This document shows positions 1 to 8,644 of a stretch of 64,000 bases of DNA, piece by piece; positions within the stretch are counted from its first letter, which is position 1, and each line of letters starts with the position of its first letter. The DNA lies in NCBI GenBank assembly GCA_964016885.1, contig OZ024740.1:7502001-7566000 (forward strand), written 5' to 3'. Under the pieces are notes generated by a model. The model was not told where the DNA came from. It saw only the letters and a program-made list of their open reading frames with translations, and searched no databases. Both the position numbers and the translations under genes were made by a program. The stretch comes from Eledone cirrhosa (lineage: Eukaryota).

Positions 1-3000
1 TATTGATATGTCAGTTTCGATTGGTATGTCAGATTCTATTAGAATATCTGTTTCGATTGGTATATCAGTTTCGATTGGTATGTCAGTTTCGATTGGTATA
101 TCAGTTTCTATTGGTATGTCAGTTTTGATTGGTATAGCAGTTTCTATTGGTATGTCATTTTCGATTGGTATGTCAGTTTCTATTGGTATATCAGTTTCGA
201 TTGGTATGTTAGTTTCTATTGGTATGTCAGTTTCGATTATTGTATCAGTTACTATTGGTATGTCAGTTTCGATTGGTATGTCAATTTCAATTAGTATATC
301 AGTTTCTATTGGTATGTTAGTTTCTATTGGTATATCAGTTTCGATAGGTATATCAGTTTCGTTTGGTATGTCAGTTTCGATTGGTATATCAGTTTCTATT
401 GCTATATCTGTTCTATTGGTATGTCAGTTTCGATTGGTATGTCAGTTTCTATTGGTATGTCAGTTCCGATTGGTATGTCAGTTTCGATTGGTATATCAGT
501 TCGATTGATATGACAGTGTCGATTGGTATATCAGTTTTGATTAGTATGTCAGTTTCTACTGGCATGTAAGTTTCGATTATTATATCAGGTACTATTAGTA
601 TGTCAGTTTCGATTGGTATGTCATTTTCGATTGGTATATCAGTTTCTATTGGTATGACAGTTTCGATTGGTATATCAGTTTCGATTGGTATATCAGTTTC
701 GATTGGTATGTCAGTTTGGATAGGTATGTCAGTTTCGATTGTTAAGTCAGTTTCGATTGGTATGTCAATTTCGATTAGTATATTAGTTTCTATTGGTATG
801 TCGGTTTCTATTGGTATATCAGTTTCGATTGGTATATCAGTTTTGATTAGTATGTCAGTTTCTATTGGTATGTCAGTTTCGATTAGTATATCAGTTTCTA
901 TTGATATGTCAGTTTCGATTGGTATGTCAGATTCTATTAGAATATCAGTTTCGATTGGTATATCAGTTTCGATTGGTATGTCAGTTTCGATTGGTATATC
1001 AGTTTCTATTGGTATGTCATTTTCGATTGGTATGTCAGTTTCTATTGGTATATCAGTTTCGTTTGGTATGTCAGTTTCTATTGGTATGTCAGTTTCAATT
1101 ATTGTATCAGTTACTATTGGTATGTCAGTTTCGATTAGTATAACAGTTTAGATTGGTATATCAGTTTCTATTGGTATGACAGTTTCGATTGGTATATCAG
1201 TTTCAATTGGTATATCAGTTTCGATTGGTATATCAGTTTCTATTGGTATGACAGTTTCGATTGCTATATCAGTTTCGATTGGTATGTCAGTTTGGATAGG
1301 TATGTCAGTTTCGATTGGTATGTCAGTTTCGATTGGTATGTCAATTTCGATTGGTATATCAGTTTCGATTGGTATATCAGTTTCGATTGGTATGTCAGTT
1401 TGGATAGGTATGTCAGTTTCGATTGGTAAGTCAGTTTCGATTGGTATGTCAATTTCGATTGGTATATCAGTTTCGATTGGTATGTCAGTTTCATTTGGTA
1501 TATCAGTTTCGATTGGTATCTCAGTTTTGATTAGTATATTAGTTTCTATTGGTATGTCGGTTTCTATTGGTATATCAGTTTCGATTGGTATATCAGTTTC
1601 GATTAGTATGTCAGTTTCTATTGGTATGTCAGTTTCGATTAGTATATCAGTTTCTATTGATATGTCAGTTTCGATTGGTATGTCAGATTCTATTAATATA
1701 TCAGTTTCGATTGGTATATCAGTTTCGATTGGTATGTCAGTTTCGATTGGTATATCAGTTTCTATTGGTATGTCAGTTTTGATTGGTATAGCAGTTTCTA
1801 TTGGTATGTCATTTTCGATTGGTATGTCAGTTTCTATTGGTATATCAGTTTCGATTGGTATGTCAGTTTCTATTGGTATGTCAGTTTCGATTATTATATC
1901 AGTTACTATTGGTATGTCAGTTTCGATTGGTATGTCAATTTCAATTAGTACATCAGTTTCTATTGGTATGTTAGTTTCTATTGGTATATCAGTTTCGATA
2001 GGTATATCAGTTTCGTTTGGTATGTCAGTTTCGATTGGTATATCAGTTTCTATTGCTATATCTGTTTCTATTGGTATGTCAGTTTCGATTGGTATGTCAG
2101 TTTCTATTGGTATGTCAGTTTCGATTGGTATGTCAGTTTCGATTGGTATATCAGTTCGATTGATATGACAGTGTCGATTGGTATATCAGTTTTGATTAAA
2201 ATGTCAGTTTCTACTGGCATGTAAGTGTCGATTATTATATCAGGTACTATTAGTATGTCAGTTTCGATTGGTATGTCATTTTCGATTGGTATATCAGTTT
2301 CTATTGGTATGACAGTTTCGATTGGTATATCAGTTTCGATTGGTATATCAGTTTCGATTGGTATGTCAGTTGCGATTGGTATGTCAATTTCGAATGGTAT
2401 ATTAGTTTCGATTAGTATGTCAGTTTCTATTGGTATATCAGTTTCAATTGGTATGTCAGTTTCTATTGGTATATCAGTTTCGATTGGTATATCAGTTTCG
2501 ATTAGTATGTCAGTTTCTATTGGTATGTCAGTTTCGATTAGTATGTCAGTTTCGATTGGTATATCAGTTTCGATTGGTATATCAGTTTCTATTGGTATAT
2601 CACTTTCTATTGGTATGTCAGTTTTGATTGGTATAGCAGTTTCTATTGGTATGTCAGTTTCGATTGGTATGTCAGTTTCTATTGGTATAACAGTTTCGAT
2701 TGGTATGTCAGTTTCTATTGGTATGTAAGTTTCGATTAGTATGTCAGTTTTTATTGGTATGTCAGTTTCGATTAGTATATCAGTTTCGATTGGTATGTCA
2801 GTTTCGATTGGTATATCAGTTTCGATTGGTATATCAGTTTCTATTGGTATATCACTTTCTATTGGTATGTCAGTTTCGATTGGTATATCAGTTTCTATTG
2901 GTATGTGAGTTTCTATTGGTATATCAGTTTCGATTGGTATATCAGTTTCGATTAGTATGTCAGTTTCTATTGGTATGTCAGTTTCGATTAGTATAATAGT

Positions 3001-6000
3001 TTAGATTGGTATATCAGTTTCTATTGGTTTGAGAGTTTCGATTGGTATATCAGTTTCCATTGGGATATCAGTTTCGATTGGTATATCAGTTTCTATTGGT
3101 ATGACAGTTTCGATTGCTATATCAGTTTCGATTGGTATGTCAGTTTGGATAGGTATGTCAGTTTCGATTGGTATGTCTATTTCGATTGGTATGTCAATTT
3201 CGATAGGTATATCAGTTTCGATTGGTATATCAGTTTCGATTGGTATGTCAGTTTGGAGATGTATGTCAGTTTCGATTGGTATGTCAGTTTCGATTGATAA
3301 GTCAGTTTCGATTGGTATGTCAATTTCGATTGGTATATCAGTTTCGATTGGGATGTCAGTTTCATTTGGTATCTCAGTTTTGATTAGTATATTAGTTTCT
3401 ATTGATATGTCGGTTTCTATTGGTATATCAGTTTCGATTGGTATATCAGTTTTGATTAGTATGTCAGTTTCTATTGGTATGTCAGTTTCGATTAGTATAT
3501 CAGTTTCTATTGATATGTCAGTTTCGATTGGTATGTCAGTTTCTATTAGTATATCAGTTTCGATTAGTATGTCAGTTTCGATTGGTATATCAGTTTCGAT
3601 TGGTATATCAGTTTCTATTGGTATATCAGTTTCTATTGGTATGTCATCAGTTTTGATTGGCATAGCAGTTTCTATTGGTATATCAGTTTCAATTGGTATA
3701 TCAGTTTCGATTGGTATATCAGTTTCTATTGGTATGACAGTTTCGATTGCTATATCAGTTTCGACTGGTATGTCAGTTTCGATAGGTATGTCAGTTTCGA
3801 TTGGTATGTCAGTTTCGATTGGTATGTCAATTTCGATTGGTATATCAGTTTCGATTGGTATATCAGTTTCGATTGGTATGTCAGTTTGGATAGGTATGTC
3901 AGTTTCGATTGGTAAGTCAGTTTCGATTGGTATGTCAATTTCGATTGGTATATCAGTTTCGATTGGTATGTCAGTTTCATTTGGTATATCAGTTTCGATT
4001 AGTATCTCAGTTTTGATTGGTATATTAGTTTCTATTGGTATGTCGGTTTCTATTGGTATATCAGTTTCGATTGGTATATCAGTTTTGATTAGTATGTCAG
4101 TTTCTATTGGTATGTCAGTTTCGATTAGTATATCAGTTTCTATTGATATGCCAGTTTCGATTGGTATGTCAGATTCTATTAGAATATCTGTTTCGATTGG
4201 TATATCAGTTTCGATTGGTATGTCAGTTTCGATTGGTATATCAGTTTCTATTGGTATGTCAGTTTTGATTGGTATAGCAGTTTCTATTTGTATGTCATTT
4301 TCGATTGGTATGTCAGTTTCTATTGGTATATCAGTTTCGATTGGTATGTTAGTTTCTATTGGTATGTCAGTTTCGATTATTGTATCAGTTACTATTGGTA
4401 TGTCAGTTTCGATTGGTATGTCAATTTCAATTAGTATATCAGTTTCTATTGGTATGTTAGTTTCTATTGGTATATCAGTTTCGATAGGTATATCAGTTTC
4501 GTTTGGTATGTCAGTTTCGATTGGTATATCAGTTTCTATTGCTATATCTGTTCTATTGGTATGTCAGTTTCGATTGGTATGTCAGTTTCTATTGGTATGT
4601 CAGTTCCGATTGGTATGTCAGTTTCGATTGGTAAATCAGTTCGATTGATATGACAGTGTCGATTGGTATATCAGTTTTGATTAGTATGTCAGTTTCTACT
4701 GGCATGTAAGTTTCGATTATTATATCAGGTACTATTAGTATGTCAGTTTCGATTGGTATGTCATTTTCGATTGGTATATCAGTTTCTATTGGTATGACAC
4801 TTTCGATTGGTATATCAGTTTCGATTGGTATATGAGTTTCGATTGGTATGTCAGTTTCTATTGGTATATCAGTATCTATTGGTATGTCAGTTTCGATAGG
4901 TATGTCTGTTTCTATTGGTATAACAGTTTCAATTGGTATGTCAGTTTCTATTGGTATATCAGTTTCGATTGGTATATCAGTTTCGATTAGTATGTCAGTT
5001 TCGATTGGTATATCAGTTTCGATTGGTATGTCAGTTTCGATTAGTATATCAGTTTCTATTGGTATGTGAGTTTCTATTGGTATATCAGTTTCGATTGGTA
5101 TATCAGTTTCGATTAGTATGTCAGTTTCTATTGGTATGTCAGTTTCGATTAGTATGTCAGTTTCGATTGGTATATCAGTTTCGATTGGTATATCAGTTTC
5201 TATTGGTATATCACTTTCTATTGGTATGTCAGTTTTGCTTGGTATAGCAGTTTCTATTGGTATGTCAGTTTCGATTGGTATGTCAGTTTCTATTGGTATA
5301 ACAGTTTCGATTGGTATGTCAGTTTCTATTTGTATGTCAGCTTCGATTGCTATATGAGTTTCGATTGGTATGTCAGTTTCGATTAGTATATCAGTTTGGA
5401 TTGGTATGTCAATTTCAATTGGTAAATCAGTTTAGATTAGTATGTCAGTTTCGATTGGTATATCAGTTTCGATTGGTATGTCAGTTTCGATTAGTATATC
5501 AGTTTCTATTGGTATGTGAGTTTCTATTGCTATATCAGTTTCGATTGGTATATCAGTTTCGATTAGTATGTCAGTTTCTATTGGTATGTCAGTTTCAATT
5601 AGTATAACAGTTTAGATTGGTATATCAGTTTCTATTGGTATGACAGTTTCGATTGGTATATCAGTTTCCATTGGGATATCAGTTTCGATTGGTATATCAC
5701 TTCCTATTGGTATGTCAGTTTTGCTTGGTATAGCAGTTTCTATTGGTATGTCAGTTTCGATTGGTATGTCAGTTTCTATTGGTATAACAGTTTCGATTGG
5801 TATGTCAGTTTCTATTTGTATGTCAGTTTCGATTGCTATATCAGTTTCGATTGGTATGTCAGTTTCGATTAGTATATCAGTTTGGATTGGTATGTCAGTT
5901 TCTATTGGTATATCAGTTTCGATTGGTATGTCAGTTTCTATTGGTATGTCAGTTTCGATTATTATATCAGTTACTATTGGTATGTCAGTTTTGATTGGTA

Positions 6001-6286
6001 TGTCAGTTTCTATTGGTATATCTGTTTCGATTGGTATGTCAGTTTCGATTAGTATATCAGTTTCTATAGGTATGTCAGTTTCTATTAGTATATCAGTTTC
6101 GATCGGTATATCAGTTTCGATTGGTATGTCAGTTTCGATTGGTATATCAGTGTCTATTGGTATATCAGTTTAGATTGATATATCAGTTTCGATTAGTATG
6201 TCAGTTTCTATTGGTATATCAGTTTCGATTGGTATATCAGTTTCGATTGTTATATCAGTTTCGAATTGTATATCAGTTTCTATAGG
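1..6286. repeat. 18-bp satellite array, left arm (consensus GGTATRTCAGTTTCKATT); continues beyond the window start
   Basis: Continuous head-to-tail 18-mers, e.g. ggtatatcagtttcgatt and ggtatgtcagtttctatt. All reading frames translate to 6-aa periodic peptides (GISVSI, VYQFRL, IPIETD). Confidence 0.99.
6282..6286 (+). repeat. Apparent target-site duplication, left copy ATAGG (right copy at 8643-8647)
   Basis: Empty sites read tttct-ATAGG-tatgtc (e.g. 11448-11452). The filled site reads tttct-ATAGG-[element]-ATAGG-tatgtc. Part of the match may be microhomology. Confidence 0.7.
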
Positions 6287-8344
6287 AACAATAAGGTAGA
6301 TGAAGCAGTCAAGGCCAAGAGACAGGCATGGAAAGAATGGAAGAACGGGGGGAGCAGGGTACATTACATAGAGACCAAGAGGGAAGCTAGGCGACAAGTA
6401 TGCTTAGCTAGGAGGGAAGCAGAGGATAGAAAATTCAAGCATGTTTTACAACGTGAGGACCAGAAACAGGAGGTATTCAAGATTGCGAGGCAGTGTGTCA
6501 GAGATAGTTGTGATGTCATTGGAGAGAAGTGTATCCGGAATGATAAAGGTGAGCTTGCCCTCACAAGTGCTGAGAAGAAAGATGCATGGAAGAGTCATTA
6601 TGATAGATTACTAAATGAGGAGAATGCATGGGAAGAAGAGACCCTACCCCACGTAGACCCTATAGAGGGACCAGCAGTACAAGTCAGCGGCAGCGTAGTA
6701 AGTAAGGCAATCAGAGATATGAAGATAGGGAAGGCAACCGGTCCATCGGGTATAGCTGCCGAGATGCTGAAGGCATCTGGGTCTGTAGGTCACACTATAA
6801 CCACACGTATCGTTAACCAGGTAATACTAGAGGGGGCCATACCAAAAGATTGGTGCAGTAGCATCATTGTCAACTGCTACAAAGGTAAAGGCGATGCACT
6901 AGATAGAGGAAACTATAGAGGTATAAAGTTGATGGACCAGGTCATGAAAGTAACAGAAAGAGTTATAGCACAGCTGATTAGGGACCGGGTGAATATAGAC
7001 GAGATGCAATTTGGGTTTGTTCCAGGGAAAGGCACCACTGATGCGCTCTTCCTTGTGAGGCAATTACAGGAAAAGTACCTAGCTAAAAGTAAGCCACTCT
7101 ACTTGGCATTTGTCGACCTTGAGAAAGCCTTTGACAGAGTTCCACGTGCAGTAATCTGGTGGGCTCTTAGAAAACTAGGAGTAGATGAATGGCTTGTGAA
7201 AGCGGTACAAGCCATGTATAGGGGAGCAGTCAGCAAAGTTAGGATTGGCAATGAGTATAGCGAGGAATTTAGCGTACAGGTTGGGGTCCACCAGGGCTCT
7301 GTTCTTAGCCCTCTCCTGTTCATCATAGTCCTGCAGGCAATAACGGAGGAGTTTAAGACCGGATGCCCATGGGAACTCCTGTATGCTGATGACCTCGCAC
7401 TCATAGCTGAATCTATGGTAGAACTAGAGAATAAATTCCAAACCTGGAAGCAGGGACTAGAGAGAAAGGGCCTCAAAGTCAACATGACAAAGACTAAGGT
7501 CCTTATAAGTAGACGAGAAAACAGAACCCAGATCCCCTCAGGGAAATGGCCTTGCTCAGTATGTAGGAAAGGTGTAGGTAGGAACTCCATTCTTTGCCCC
7601 AAATGCAAACAATGGGTACACAAGAGATGTAGCGGGATCTCAGGAAGCTTAATTAAGAATGTAGGATTCACATGCAGCAGCTGTGCTGAAACAGCAAGCA
7701 AACAGCCACAGGAAACAAGTACCACCAATCTCTGGGAGGGCCCTGTAGAAACAGTAGACAGCTTCTGCTACCTAGGTGACCGAATTAGCAACGGAGGTGG
7801 GTGCTCAGAAAGTACAATAACTAGGGTAAGAACGGGATGGAAGAAGTTTAGGGAACTACTACCACTGCTAGCTGCAAAAGGCTTCTCCCTCAGAATGAAA
7901 GGCAGACTGTATGATGCGTGTATCCGAACAGCGATGTTGCATGGTAGTGAGACCTGGGCGCTGAAGGTGGAAGACTTACGTAGATTAGAGAGAAACGAAG
8001 CCTGCATGCTCCGATGGATGTGTAACAGTAATATACGTGAACGACAAAGCATAAATGAATTGAGAGAGAGACTGAGCATAAGAGGAATCAAATGCTGCGT
8101 GCAGGAGAGGCGGTTACGCTGGTATGGACATGTGATGCGTATGAAGGATGACAGCTGCATAAAAAGGTGCAGAGCACTAGAAGTTGATGGAAACCGCGGA
8201 GTGGGGAGACCCAAGATGACTTGGGATGAGGTGATAAAAGCCGACCTTACCCAACTACACCTCTCAAAGTCAATGACACACGACCGTGACTTCTGGCGTC
8301 ACGCAGTAATACAGGGTACCCGACCTCCCATGGGTACATGCTGA
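6287..8344 (+). CDS. Reverse transcriptase ORF of the RTE element, N-terminally truncated (685 codons, no internal stop or frameshift)
   Basis: Non-LTR RT motifs KATGPSGI, NYRGIKL, QFGFVPGKGTTD, FVDLEKAFDRV, GVHQGSVLSPLLF, LYADD (YADD at 7382-7393), KTKV and FCYLG. The first 7 residues of the track ORF (MYISFYR, 6266-6286) come from satellite sequence. Confidence 0.93.
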   Translation, partial: NNKVDEAVKAKRQAWKEWKNGGSRVHYIETKREARRQVCLARREAEDRKFKHVLQREDQKQEVFKIARQCVRDSCDVIGEKCIRNDKGELALTSAEKKDAWKSHYDRLLNEENAWEEETLPHVDPIEGPAVQVSGSVVSKAIRDMKIGKATGPSGIAAEMLKASGSVGHTITTRIVNQVILEGAIPKDWCSSIIVNCYKGKGDALDRGNYRGIKLMDQVMKVTERVIAQLIRDRVNIDEMQFGFVPGKGTTDALFLVRQLQEKYLAKSKPLYLAFVDLEKAFDRVPRAVIWWALRKLGVDEWLVKAVQAMYRGAVSKVRIGNEYSEEFSVQVGVHQGSVLSPLLFIIVLQAITEEFKTGCPWELLYADDLALIAESMVELENKFQTWKQGLERKGLKVNMTKTKVLISRRENRTQIPSGKWPCSVCRKGVGRNSILCPKCKQWVHKRCSGISGSLIKNVGFTCSSCAETASKQPQETSTTNLWEGPVETVDSFCYLGDRISNGGGCSESTITRVRTGWKKFRELLPLLAAKGFSLRMKGRLYDACIRTAMLHGSETWALKVEDLRRLERNEACMLRWMCNSNIRERQSINELRERLSIRGIKCCVQERRLRWYGHVMRMKDDSCIKRCRALEVDGNRGVGRPKMTWDEVIKADLTQLHLSKSMTHDRDFWRHAVIQGTRPPMGTC
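7553..7684 (+). other. PHD-type (C4HC3) zinc finger embedded in the RT ORF
   Basis: CSVC-x10-CPKC-KQWV-H-KR-C-x14-CSSC. Ligand order is C,C,C,C,H,C,C,C, with Trp two residues before the His and Phe two before the last CxxC, as in PHD fingers. Confidence 0.85.
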
Positions 8345-8625
8345 AGCATATAAACAATATGCCCCCCCCCCCCACCGCAAGGTGGTCGTGGAGGTGCCAC
8401 GGCAAAAAAGCACACAGCCCACACTGTAAAGTGGACGTGTAGGCGCCACGAAAAAGCACCCAGCACTCACTGTAAATGAGGTTGGTGTTAGGAAGGGCAT
8501 CCAGCTGTAGAAATCAAGCCAGATCAGTTCCTGTATGAGCAAGGCATGGTCAGCCGACCAGACACTGCCCACAACAGGACAACCCGTCTAACCCATGCTA
8601 GCGTGGAAGAACGGACGTAAAACGG
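8345..8625 (+). other. 3' UTR of the RTE element, with a C12 tract, a ~49-bp imperfect tandem duplication and multiple stem-loops
   Basis: Lies between the TGA stop (8342-8344) and the tail. C12 at 8362-8373. 8392-8440 resembles 8441-8488. Hairpins CCACC-GCAA-GGTGG, TGGTC-AGCC-GACCA and CCATG-CTAG-CGTGG. Confidence 0.85.
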
Positions 8626-8644
8626 TGATGATGATGATGATGAT
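8626..8644 (+). repeat. (TGA)6 / (GAT)6 microsatellite 3' tail of the LINE
   Basis: ...aaaacgg-tgatgatgatgatgatgat-aggtatg. Short tandem-repeat tails in place of poly(A) are typical of RTE-clade elements. Confidence 0.93.

Larger units (their letters stand above)
6287..8642 (+). mobile_element. 5'-truncated non-LTR retrotransposon (LINE), RTE clade
   Basis: Non-repetitive 2.36-kb insert with an RT ORF, a ~280-bp 3' UTR and a (TGA)n tail, flanked by ATAGG on both sides. RTE-like C-terminus (TAMLHGSETWAL, RRLRWYGHVMR, RGVGRPKMTW, DRDFWR). The N-terminal APE endonuclease expected for RTE is absent. Confidence 0.95.

Noticed and set aside
6266-6286. Start codon of the 692-aa ORF / satellite-RT fusion gene
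   Set aside because: The TTG start lies in satellite sequence that is in frame by chance. The element is 5'-truncated, and no promoter or endonuclease is present.
6287-8344. Bacterial RT system (retron, DGR, group II intron, RT-Cas) or telomerase
   Set aside because: The motifs, C-terminus, microsatellite tail, 5' truncation and PHD finger all indicate a eukaryotic RTE-type LINE. No accessory genes are present.
8362-8373. C12 tract as a G-quadruplex/i-motif regulatory element
   Set aside because: A single homopolymer whose length is error-prone in sequencing; nothing else supports a function.
8531-8570. Hammerhead ribozyme core or SECIS element (ctgtatgag...)
   Set aside because: The sequence is CTGTATGA rather than CTGANGA, with no correctly placed GAAA. 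It also lacks the apical AA and the paired GA quartet spacing of a SECIS.
6170-8572. Minus-strand ORFs (75, 66, 209, 148, 70 and 100 aa) over the element
   Set aside because: Antisense shadows of the RT ORF and UTR with no recognisable motifs.
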